A DNA stretch of 64,000 nt from Limnothrix sp. BL-A-16 (lineage in GTDB: Bacteria > Cyanobacteriota > Cyanobacteriia > CACIAM-69d). The DNA lies in the NCBI GenBank assembly GCA_041937175.2, contig CP166615.1, forward strand, positions 544,001-608,000, in the 5' to 3' direction. The position numbers and the translations under genes are program-made. Shown here one piece after another: positions 19,437 to 28,088 of this stretch (position 1 is the stretch's first letter; each line of letters opens with the position of its first letter). The notes beneath the pieces are model-generated. The model had not been told where the DNA came from. It worked only from the letters and a program-made list of their open reading frames with translations, and searched no databases.

Positions 19437-20552
19437 ATGATTCGACCTCGCCTGTTGCTGCTGACTGGTTGCCTACTGAGTGCGATCGCGGCGATCGCCC
19501 CGAGCCAGCCCGCGATCGCCCAAACCAGCTACAGCCTGGAGAGCTGGCAAGGGGATGTGAGATTAACCCGATCGGGTGGGCGCGAACAACGACTGACGCG
19601 CCAAACCGGGCGACGGTTGGACGCTCCGGATCAGTTGCGGCTGCAAGGGCGACGCAGTTGGGCTAATGTGCGCTGTCCGCAAGGCTTGGTGCTTTGGAAT
19701 GAAGTGCGCCAATCGCGATCGGTTGAGGAAATCTGTAACCCGTCCGGCACCATCAGCCGAAGCACGGACACTCGCGGCATCATTGCAGACCTGTCGGCGA
19801 TCGCCGCTTGTAGGTTTATGCCCAAGACCTACTTTGCGCCCCAGGTTGAGCAATTTTCTTGGCCCATGGAACCCACCGCCCGCCGCTATCGGGTGGAGTG
19901 GGTCGATCGCGATCGACAGGTCACGATCTGGCGCGGAGAAACCACCGCGACCCAACTGGCCTACCGCGGCCCCCGCTTGACCGGCCGGCGCTATGGCTTG
20001 CAGGTAACGGCGATCGGCGCGAACAATCGGCCCATCAGCACTTATACCTTGAATCATGTTTTGTCCCTGCCCAGTGAGTCAGCCCAAACATTTGCGAGCG
20101 ATTGGGCAGCAATTACGGGCGATCGCACCCTGATGCCCGATAGCCTGCGCTGGGCCCGGGCGGATTTGGCCCTGTCGGTCAGTCGGGCGGAGAGAGATCC
20201 GGAGCTGTGGTGGACGGTGGTGGCGCAACTGTCGCCGGAAGCCGACACCAAAAGTCCCATGGCTCACTTGCGTTTGGCCTTGGCTTATTTGTACCTGAAC
20301 CGGGGAACGGAAGCGCAACGGATGGCGCGGCGGGCCTTGGCTGCGATCGGGCAATCGCCTTCAGTGGAGCGGGCGGAGGCATTGCTGATGTTGGCGACGG
20401 CTTCGATGGTGATTAACGACTATCCCGAAGCGACAAGGGCGCTCACAGAGGCGCGATCGATCTATCAAGGTTTGTCAGAAACCAGTCAAGTGGAGTCGAT
20501 CGATTTTGTGTTCAATCAACTCGATCGCCGTTCTAATCAACCTTGTAACTGA
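19437..20552 (+). CDS. Exported hypothetical protein with C-terminal TPR-like helices
   Basis: Signal peptide MIRPRLLLLTGCLLSAIAAIAPSQPAIA; C-terminal EATRALTEARSIYQGL. Confidence 0.65.
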   Translation: MIRPRLLLLTGCLLSAIAAIAPSQPAIAQTSYSLESWQGDVRLTRSGGREQRLTRQTGRRLDAPDQLRLQGRRSWANVRCPQGLVLWNEVRQSRSVEEICNPSGTISRSTDTRGIIADLSAIAACRFMPKTYFAPQVEQFSWPMEPTARRYRVEWVDRDRQVTIWRGETTATQLAYRGPRLTGRRYGLQVTAIGANNRPISTYTLNHVLSLPSESAQTFASDWAAITGDRTLMPDSLRWARADLALSVSRAERDPELWWTVVAQLSPEADTKSPMAHLRLALAYLYLNRGTEAQRMARRALAAIGQSPSVERAEALLMLATASMVINDYPEATRALTEARSIYQGLSETSQVESIDFVFNQLDRRSNQPCN

Positions 20553-20624
20553 TCAAAGCGATCGCCATGGCATCTGAGTTGGTAATTCATGCGGGCTTTG
20601 GAGCAATCAAACCAACTGACTGTT

Positions 20625-20969
20625 TCATGTAAGTTGATCGATTAATGACTGAATCGGAATTCTGAGTTCAGGAATGTCTTGAGTAGCTGTAAGCCAAACT
20701 GTTGCAAGATCAACACCAAAATAATGATGAATCAACTTATCCCTCATGCCTGCCATTTGACTCCAGGGAATTGACGATTGTTGATCTCGTAGCTCTGATG
20801 AAAGCTGCTTGGTTGCTTCACCGATGATTTCGAGTTGACGAATTGTTCCATCTTGAATCAGCGAATTTGTCAAAAATTCGTCTTTTCCGATTCCTTGTAA
20901 ATAAGTGTCTATCTTCTGGATGGCATCAAGAATATGGTGCAAGTAAACCGAGTCATTGAACTTTTTCAT
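20625..20969 (-). CDS. HepT-like HEPN ribonuclease toxin (DUF86)
   Basis: RQLEIIGEA, IPWSQMAGMRDKLIHHYFGVD (Rx4HxY); alternative start 20996. Confidence 0.9.
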   Translation of the reverse strand: MKKFNDSVYLHHILDAIQKIDTYLQGIGKDEFLTNSLIQDGTIRQLEIIGEATKQLSSELRDQQSSIPWSQMAGMRDKLIHHYFGVDLATVWLTATQDIPELRIPIQSLIDQLT

Positions 20970-21291
20970 GATTTGAAAAATTCGCTTTTTGATCATGTTG
21001 ACTTGCGTCGTAGATGATCTTTAGCTCGCTCAGGATATTGTCGCGGAGATAGGGGGAAATTGCGCCTTCGGTGAGTAGGTCAATGGGACGATCGAGGGCG
21101 GTGGCGAGGGCTTGTTCGAGGGCAATGCAAGCTAACAGGCTAGTGGGGCGATCGAAGGTCACCACTAAGTCAATGTCGCTGTTGTCGGTGGCTTCGCCTC
21201 GGGCCATGGAACCAAACAGACCGATTTTGCAAACGTGGTGCGCTTGGCAAAGGGAAATCAGGCGATCGACATCAAAGGGCAAGGGCGGCAT
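20953..21291 (-). CDS. MntA-like minimal nucleotidyltransferase antitoxin
   Basis: LFGSMARGEATDNSDIDL (GSx10DxD); overlaps the HEPN gene. Confidence 0.9.
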   Translation of the reverse strand: MPPLPFDVDRLISLCQAHHVCKIGLFGSMARGEATDNSDIDLVVTFDRPTSLLACIALEQALATALDRPIDLLTEGAISPYLRDNILSELKIIYDASQHDQKANFSNHEKVQ

Positions 21292-21384
21292 GGGGCGATC
21301 GAGCGGGGTGGTTGTGGTCTAGTGTATCGGGCGGGAAATGGCAGCGGCTAGACTGGGGGTGAGCAGCATTTGCGGAGGATGCCT

Positions 21385-22203
21385 ATGTCTGTTTCGCCTG
21401 CGATCGGCGCGTCGTCTGAGCCGGTGATGGATGCGGGGGCGGGGGCGGCTACTGCTGAAAGTCGCCATCCGGCTTCCCCGTGGTTTGATCCGTCGGATCA
21501 AATTGTTTGGCCGGCTGCTGATTTAGACAGTTGTGAGCTGCCCTTGGAATCTGATCTGCATCTCTTCCAAATTATTTTGCTGCTGCAATCTTTGCAGTGG
21601 GCCTGGCGCGATCGCCCCAATTTCTATGCGGCAGGCAACCTGACGATTTATTACAGCCCGAATCAAAAGAAGAGTGAATATTTTCGGGGGTCAGACTTTT
21701 TTGTGGTGCTGGGGGTTGAGCCGCATCCACGCAAAAGTTGGGTGGTGTGGAATGAAAATGGTCAATATCCCCATGTGATTATTGAGTTGTTGTCTCCTTC
21801 GACGGCGGCGACCGATCGCGGTGAGAAAAAGCAAATTTATCAAGATATTTTCCGCACACCCAATTATTTTTGGTTTGATCCGCAGGGGGGCGAGGAACTG
21901 GCGGGGTTTCAGTTAATTAATGGGCGGTACGAGGCGATCGACCCGAACGATCGCGGGTGGCTGTGGAGCGAGCCGTTGGGGTTGTATTTGGGTTGCAATG
22001 GGGGGCGGTTGCGCTTTTTTGGTGTGGAGGGGGAGTTGTTGCCCACACCGGAGGAGTCGGCGTTGCAATCTGAGGCGGAATTGGCGCGGGTGCAAGCGGA
22101 GGCGCGATCGGCTCAGGAGCGTTGGCAATTGGAGCAGGCAAAGAATCAGCAGCTTGCGGATAAGTTACGGGAATTGGGCATTGATCCCGATGCGTTGGGA
22201 TGA
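21385..22203 (+). CDS. Uma2-family (DUF820) endonuclease-fold protein
   Basis: PLESDLH, DFFVVLG, IIELLSPSTAATDRGEKK.IY, YFWFDP, tail LRELGIDPD. Confidence 0.9.
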   Translation: MSVSPAIGASSEPVMDAGAGAATAESRHPASPWFDPSDQIVWPAADLDSCELPLESDLHLFQIILLLQSLQWAWRDRPNFYAAGNLTIYYSPNQKKSEYFRGSDFFVVLGVEPHPRKSWVVWNENGQYPHVIIELLSPSTAATDRGEKKQIYQDIFRTPNYFWFDPQGGEELAGFQLINGRYEAIDPNDRGWLWSEPLGLYLGCNGGRLRFFGVEGELLPTPEESALQSEAELARVQAEARSAQERWQLEQAKNQQLADKLRELGIDPDALG

Positions 22204-22234
22204 TTGAAGCTGACGTGATGTTGCTGGCTTGTTG

Positions 22235-22561
22235 TTAAGCGGTGGCGTGGGTGTCTTGTTCGTTGGGCTGATTGTCTCGATCGGCGATGAGTTGCTGTAG
22301 GGAAATTTTGGGGGTTGGAGTTGTTGACTCGTTGGGTTGCTGTTGGGCGATTTGAGTTTCGGTTTCTTCAAGGGAAAGAATCGGTAATTCAAAGGCTTCT
22401 TTGAACCATTGCAGGAGTTGCAGTAGTTCTTCGGCGGAGGAGCCAACGACGCTGACGGGGGCTTTGCTGATTTTGAGGATTTGGTTGTTGCGATCGCAGA
22501 AGATTTCGCGGATGGAGTGGCGACCTTGGCAATCGCGAAAGACTCGATATGTCCAAAGCAT
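22235..22561 (-). CDS. Hypothetical protein, candidate antitoxin
   Basis: 108 aa starting 3 bp after the RelE-like stop; acidic/polar tail. Confidence 0.6.
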   Translation of the reverse strand: MLWTYRVFRDCQGRHSIREIFCDRNNQILKISKAPVSVVGSSAEELLQLLQWFKEAFELPILSLEETETQIAQQQPNESTTPTPKISLQQLIADRDNQPNEQDTHATA

Positions 22562-22564
22562 CGT

Positions 22565-22852
22565 TTAGCCTCCTAGTCCATGAAAAATTACAGTGTTGTT
22601 TGGTTTTTCACCAATTCGTTTAATGCTGACAATTTTGATTGCATCATCAACATTGTAAAAGACTCGAAAGATACCAACTCTCAGCTCCCATTCTGCGATG
22701 TCTGGTGGATTGCGTTTGAACCGGTTTCTGGTTTCTAGAGTTGGTTCATAAACGAGCTGATCTTGGATAGCATCAATGACGATGTTTTGCTCGAATTTTT
22801 TGAGGTAACGCAGATCTTGCACAGCCTGCGAAGTGAATTCAACCTCATACAT
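22565..22852 (-). CDS. Type II toxin, RelE/ParE family
   Basis: MYEVEFTSQAVQDL...WELRVGIFRVFYNVD...IKRIGEK. Confidence 0.85.
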   Translation of the reverse strand: MYEVEFTSQAVQDLRYLKKFEQNIVIDAIQDQLVYEPTLETRNRFKRNPPDIAEWELRVGIFRVFYNVDDAIKIVSIKRIGEKPNNTVIFHGLGG

Positions 22853-22967
22853 AGTTTTGAAACAAGTTTTTAACTGTTACTTCAATTTTAGACGATAGCT
22901 AGCAACTGTGGCACTGCTGGTTGTCAATAAGTTAGATTAGCGGCGGATTGTTTGGTGAGGCGAAACC

Positions 22968-25900
22968 ATGATGCAGCGGTGGGGATTGGCGGGGGCGTTG
23001 GGGGTGTGGTTGTGGGCTTATCCGGTGGGGGCACTGGAGTCGCGGACGGTTCAAGGAGAGCTGACAGCAACAGATGAAAAAATTGGCGACAAGGTTTTTG
23101 ATTCGTATCAGTTTTCTGGGCGAGCTGGTGAAACAGTTGCCATTGAGACTAGAAGTCAAGACTTCAATACGATAATTGTTTTAGTTGACTCGACCGCTAA
23201 TCCTTTGGCGGGTGATGATGACAGTGGCATTAGTACAAATTCATTACTGGTTTTTGAGCTGCCTAAAACGGGTCAGTATGGAATTTTAGTGGTTTCAAAA
23301 TTACCCAATCAGCTTGGCAAATATGAGCTGAGCTGGAGAGCAGCAACACAAGCAGATCAATGGCGAGTTGAAGCGAGTCGCTTGAATCAACAAGCTGTAC
23401 AGCTTTATCAAAAAAGTCAGTTCAGGGAAGCTATTGCCCTACTCCAAAAGGTACTAGATCTCTACCGTGCTGCAAAAGATCGCGCGGGCGAAGGCGTAAC
23501 CCTCAACAACATCGGCGAAGTTTATAGAAGTTTGGGACAATACCCACAAGCGCTGGAGCAGTACCGCCAAGCTCTGGCGATTCGCAAAGAAGTGGGCGAT
23601 CGCGCGGGCGAAGGCACAACCCTCAACAACATCGGCTTGGTTTACGACAATTTGGGTCAATACCCGCAAGCGCTGGAGCAGTACCGCCAAGCCCTGGCGA
23701 TTAGTAAAGAAGTGGGCGATCGCGCGGGCGAAGGCACAACCCTCAACAACATCGGCTTGGTTTACCAGAGTTTGGGTCAATACCCGCAAGCGCTGGAGTA
23801 TTACCGCCAAGCCCTGGCGATTAGTAAAGAAGTGGGCGATCGCGCGGGCGAAGGCACAACCCTCAACAACATCGGCGCGGTTTACGACAGTTTGGGTCAA
23901 TACCCGCAAGCGCTGGAGCAGTTCCACCAAGCCCTGGCGATTCGCAAAGAAGTGGGCGATCGCGCGGGCGAAGGCACAACCCTCAACAACATCGGCGCGG
24001 TTTACGACAGTTTGGGACAATACCCGCAAGCGCTGGAGCAGTTCCGCCAAGCCCTGGCGATTCGCAAAGAAGTGGGAGATCGCGCGGGCGAAGGCGTAAC
24101 TCTCGCCAGCATCGGTTTGGTTTACGACAGTTTGGGACAATACCCGCAAGCGCTGGAGCAGTTCCGCCAAGCCCTGGCGATTCGCAAAGAAGTGGGAGAT
24201 CGCGCGGGCGAAGGCGTGACTCTCGCCAGCATTGGCTTGGTTTACTACAGTCTAGGACAATACCCGCAAGCGCTGGAGCAGTTCCGCCAAGCCCTGGCGA
24301 TTCGCAAAGAAGTGGGCGATCGCGCGGGCGAAGGCGCAACCCTCGCCAACATCGGCGCGGTTTACTACAGTCTAGGACAATACCCACAAGCGCTGGAGCA
24401 GTACCGCCAAGCCCTGGCGATTCGCAAAGAAGTGGGCGATCGCGCGGGCGAAGGCACAACCCTTAACAACATCGGCGCGGTTTACCAAGATTTAGGTCAA
24501 TACCCGCAAGCGCTGGAGCAGTACCGCCAAGCCCTGGCGATTAGCAAAGAAGTGGGAGATCGCGCGGGCGAAGGCACAACCCTCAACAACATCGGCGGGG
24601 TTTACAAAAGTTTGGGTCAATACCCGCAAGCGCTGGAGCAGTACCGCCAATCCCTAGCGATTTGCAAGGAAGTGCACGATCGCGCGGGCGAAGGCACAAC
24701 CCTCAACAACATCGGCTTCATTCTCTCAGCTCAACAGAAACCGATCGCCGCGATCGCCCTCTTCAAACAATCTGTTGCTGTCCGTGAATCTATTCGCCAA
24801 GACAACCGTGTTCTCACCCCAGAGCAACAAAAATCCTATACAGAAACTGTTGCTCACACCTATCGTGAACTTGCCAATTTGTTGATTAATCAAGGGCGAT
24901 TTGTGGAAGCCGAGCGTGTCCTTGACTTGTTAGCCATCCAAGAACTCAGCAACTACGACCCAGAAAACCGAGCCACCATCGACCCACTAGGAAAAATCCA
25001 ATTCACCCCAGCCGAACAAGCCATCCTTGACAAACACAACAGCATCATCGAATTTGCCCAAAAACTAGCCACCTGCAACAACAATTGCAGCCCCGATTTA
25101 CAACAGAAATACGACAAGCTCGCTCAGGAATTCCAAGCAGTTATTGCCCAAGTTGCGGAACAGGCCCGCCAACGGGAAGAACGCGGCATTCAAGACCCCG
25201 AAGAATTGCGAACCGGCGCGGCCGAAGTGGTGAAACAACAACCGGGAACGATCGTGATTCAAACGATCGTGCAGCGCCCCGAAGAAACCACCGATAAACG
25301 CGGTCGTTTGTGGCTGCTTTGGGTCACGGCGGGCGAAGTTGCCAACTTCCGAGAAGTGATTTTGCCCAGCGACTTTCGGCAGACCGTGTTTGAATTTCGT
25401 CGCGCTTTGACCCAGCCCGATGCCGACCCCGCTACCCTGAAAGCCTTGGGTCGCAAACTCTATGGCTGGCTAATTAAACCCCTTGAAACGGAACTGAAAG
25501 CCAACGACATTCAGCATTTGATCTTTCGGCTCGATCGGGAATTGCGCTACATCCCCGTCGCCGCCTTGCATGATGGCGAAGGCTACCTAGTCGAAAAATA
25601 CAGCGTCGCCAATTTTGTCACCCTGGGCGATTTGGATCTGACCGATCGCCTCGATATCCCCGATCGCACTCGGATTGCTGCCTTTGGACGCACCACGGGC
25701 CATGGCCAATTCAAACCCCTGGACTACGTGGCCGATGAGGTGGATGCGATCGTCCGAGAAGTCGATCGCTCCGATCCCCAAGGCGGCTTCTATCCCGGCT
25801 CCAGCTACTTGAATGAGGGTTTCACACGCGATCGGCTGCAAACCAGCTTGCTGAACCAGAACCGAATTTTGCACCTGGCCACCCACGGCAGCTTCAGCCC

Positions 25901-26348
25901 AATCACTGCCGCCAACTCATTCCTGCTGTTGGGTCGGGGCAATGATCAGCTCCCCTTGCCGCAAGTGGAAACCCTGCGCGGCTTGGGCAGTTTGCATTTG
26001 GTGGTGTTGTCAGCTTGCGAAACGGCCTTAACCGGCGACCCAGACGAAACAGGGCTGCGAGGGGCCGACGGTCGAGAAATCAACAGCCTGGCCTATTCCT
26101 TCACTCGGGCCAAACGAGCTAAAGCGATCCTGGCCAGTCTGTGGAACGTGAACGATCGCTCCACTAGCTTGCTGATGCGGGAGTTCTATCGCCGCCTCGC
26201 CGCTGACCCCAAGCTGACCAAAGCCGAAGCTTTGCGCCAAGCCCAACTCGCCTTTTTGCAAGGGAAACTGACCCGATCGGGCGAAGTGGCCAACCCCGCC
26301 CACCCGTTCTATTGGTCGCCCTTTGTGCTCACGGGGAATAGCTGGTGA
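22968..26348 (+). CDS. Exported PPC-like/TPR/CHAT (caspase-like peptidase) protein
   Basis: Signal peptide; PPC-like DSYQFSGRAGETVAI; 40-aa TPRs; CHAT dyad HLATHG and LSACET; ASLWNVND; HPFYWSPFVLTG. Confidence 0.92.
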   Translation: MMQRWGLAGALGVWLWAYPVGALESRTVQGELTATDEKIGDKVFDSYQFSGRAGETVAIETRSQDFNTIIVLVDSTANPLAGDDDSGISTNSLLVFELPKTGQYGILVVSKLPNQLGKYELSWRAATQADQWRVEASRLNQQAVQLYQKSQFREAIALLQKVLDLYRAAKDRAGEGVTLNNIGEVYRSLGQYPQALEQYRQALAIRKEVGDRAGEGTTLNNIGLVYDNLGQYPQALEQYRQALAISKEVGDRAGEGTTLNNIGLVYQSLGQYPQALEYYRQALAISKEVGDRAGEGTTLNNIGAVYDSLGQYPQALEQFHQALAIRKEVGDRAGEGTTLNNIGAVYDSLGQYPQALEQFRQALAIRKEVGDRAGEGVTLASIGLVYDSLGQYPQALEQFRQALAIRKEVGDRAGEGVTLASIGLVYYSLGQYPQALEQFRQALAIRKEVGDRAGEGATLANIGAVYYSLGQYPQALEQYRQALAIRKEVGDRAGEGTTLNNIGAVYQDLGQYPQALEQYRQALAISKEVGDRAGEGTTLNNIGGVYKSLGQYPQALEQYRQSLAICKEVHDRAGEGTTLNNIGFILSAQQKPIAAIALFKQSVAVRESIRQDNRVLTPEQQKSYTETVAHTYRELANLLINQGRFVEAERVLDLLAIQELSNYDPENRATIDPLGKIQFTPAEQAILDKHNSIIEFAQKLATCNNNCSPDLQQKYDKLAQEFQAVIAQVAEQARQREERGIQDPEELRTGAAEVVKQQPGTIVIQTIVQRPEETTDKRGRLWLLWVTAGEVANFREVILPSDFRQTVFEFRRALTQPDADPATLKALGRKLYGWLIKPLETELKANDIQHLIFRLDRELRYIPVAALHDGEGYLVEKYSVANFVTLGDLDLTDRLDIPDRTRIAAFGRTTGHGQFKPLDYVADEVDAIVREVDRSDPQGGFYPGSSYLNEGFTRDRLQTSLLNQNRILHLATHGSFSPITAANSFLLLGRGNDQLPLPQVETLRGLGSLHLVVLSACETALTGDPDETGLRGADGREINSLAYSFTRAKRAKAILASLWNVNDRSTSLLMREFYRRLAADPKLTKAEALRQAQLAFLQGKLTRSGEVANPAHPFYWSPFVLTGNSW
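23478..24717 (+). repeat. Ten-plus near-identical 120-bp coding tandem repeats (TPR)
   Basis: GATCGCGCGGGCGAAGGC recurs exactly every 120 bp from 23478 to 24678. Confidence 0.95.
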
Positions 26349-26365
26349 GGATTGAACAGCAACCA

Positions 26366-27355
26366 CTATCGCGACTGGAAAATGTTTTGCACCATCACCC
26401 GATCGAGGCCCGCCGCCACCCGATCGAGTTCGGCCACCTCGCCCGCATCCAGCAACCAGCCGATCGCCCCCGTGTTTTCCTTGGCCTGAATCAGGGATTT
26501 GGCCCCGGGAATCGGGATTGTGCCCTTGGCGATGCACCAGTTCAGCGCCACTTGGGCGATGGTTTTGGAACGTGCCTGGGCGATCGCCCCCAAACAGTCG
26601 AGCAAGGGTTGCAGCCCCGGTAATAGTTGCCGAAACAGCACCCCGCGAATTCCCTTCGGGAGGGTCGTTTGGGGGTTGTATTTACCCGTGAGCAAACCCA
26701 ACCCCAGGGGGCTGTAAGCAATCAGTTTGATCCCCAATTCATCGCAAGTTTCTTTCAGGCCTAATTCCGTGACCGGGTAGGTGGACAGCAGGGAATATTG
26801 CACTTGCAACGTGGCGATCGGGATGCCGCGTTCTTGGAATCGGCGGTGAACCTGTCGTAGCCGCTGGGGGCCAAAGTTCGAGAGGCCCACACCGCGCACC
26901 AGTCCTTGTTCGTAAAGGTCGCACAGCCCATCCAGGAGCGCCCATTCTTGCCAGGGGGCATAGTTGGCCGTGGACCAGTGCAGTTGGGCCAAGTCCACTC
27001 GTCCCAGGCGCTTGGCTGAAGCTGCACAGGCCCTGACCATGGATCCCCGAGTCAGTCGCCAGGGATAGGCCGCGAGCTTGGTGGCCAAACAGAGGCGATC
27101 GCCCTGCGGGCCCCGGTAGTCCCGGGCAAATTGCCCCAAAAGTTGCTCACTGCGGCCGTTTAGCCGTCCCGTGCCGTAGGAATCGCCCGTGTCAAACAGT
27201 GTCACGCCGGCCGCCATGCAGTGGTTAAACACCTGCTGCAACTCGCTGTCCATGGTTTCGTCATAACCCCAGAGCAGCCGGTTGCCCCAAGCCCAAGTGC
27301 CGCAACCCATCACGGGCAGGGCGATCGCCGAATTCTGCATCAGTCCGAGTTTCAT
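26366..27355 (-). CDS. Aldo/keto reductase
   Basis: GCGTWAWG, FDTGDSYG, VGLSNFG, IAYSPLGLG, IPIPGAK. Confidence 0.9.
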   Translation of the reverse strand: MKLGLMQNSAIALPVMGCGTWAWGNRLLWGYDETMDSELQQVFNHCMAAGVTLFDTGDSYGTGRLNGRSEQLLGQFARDYRGPQGDRLCLATKLAAYPWRLTRGSMVRACAASAKRLGRVDLAQLHWSTANYAPWQEWALLDGLCDLYEQGLVRGVGLSNFGPQRLRQVHRRFQERGIPIATLQVQYSLLSTYPVTELGLKETCDELGIKLIAYSPLGLGLLTGKYNPQTTLPKGIRGVLFRQLLPGLQPLLDCLGAIAQARSKTIAQVALNWCIAKGTIPIPGAKSLIQAKENTGAIGWLLDAGEVAELDRVAAGLDRVMVQNIFQSR

Positions 27356-28088
27356 CAACGGGTTGCACCAACGGTTTCCTAGTCTAGTGGAAGGATGGGG
27401 CATCGGTGCTGCTGGGGGGCGACTTGGGGTACAACCGGATTTAATCCGACTCAGCACCCTCCAAGGTCTGGCTCAGTCATTACCTCCGGTGAGCCGTTCC
27501 CGAGGCAATTTCTTGGCCCCCGTTTGGGCACATTAAAAAGTAGGGAGCAACGCGGAACGGGACTCCTTGGGGGAAGAAACTGGGTTCGATCGGGCGATCC
27601 CCGTCAGGAGCCGGTTTTGTGAATCTTCCTGGTTGGGCCCGGGCGCTGGATCTGCCGACTCGATCGGTTGGTCTGGAGGATGATCCAGTCATCTGACTGA
27701 AAATGCTCAGTGTTTTCAGGGATTTCAGCGGGGTTAATTAAGCTTGAGCGTCCTAGCTGAGCCTATCGATGGTTGAACCATTTCGCCCCCAGTGAATTGA
27801 TGGTTGAGTGATGAAAACCAAAGTTCTTGAATGTATAAAATGCGTCTCGAAACTCAATTGGGTTTAAGATTTTCGTCAATTTTCTGATCTAAACTATAAA
27901 TTTTCGATTGCGGGTTTCAGTTCCCTAAAATGCCCTTTGGTTCTGATCGAAAATATTAATGTAATTTAACAAGAAAATAATTGCTAATTTTTGTGGCGAG
28001 GATGGTCATCAAGGTTTGCTAATTTTTGTTTAAAAGGATAATAAGATAATCTCGGCATTTCTGGGATTTAGGGCTTATCGCTAAGATT

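Noticed and set aside
23478..24717. Regular repeats as a CRISPR array
   Set aside because: The units are contiguous in-frame 120-bp TPR codons with no unique spacers, and there are no cas genes
17663..26348. Prophage or integrative island at tRNA-Gly
   Set aside because: No integrase, phage genes or duplicated tRNA 3' end seen; the accessory genes lie on the tRNA 5' side
22968..26348. Diversity-generating retroelement behind the TPR variation
   Set aside because: No reverse transcriptase or separate template repeat in the window, and the variation is not adenine-specific
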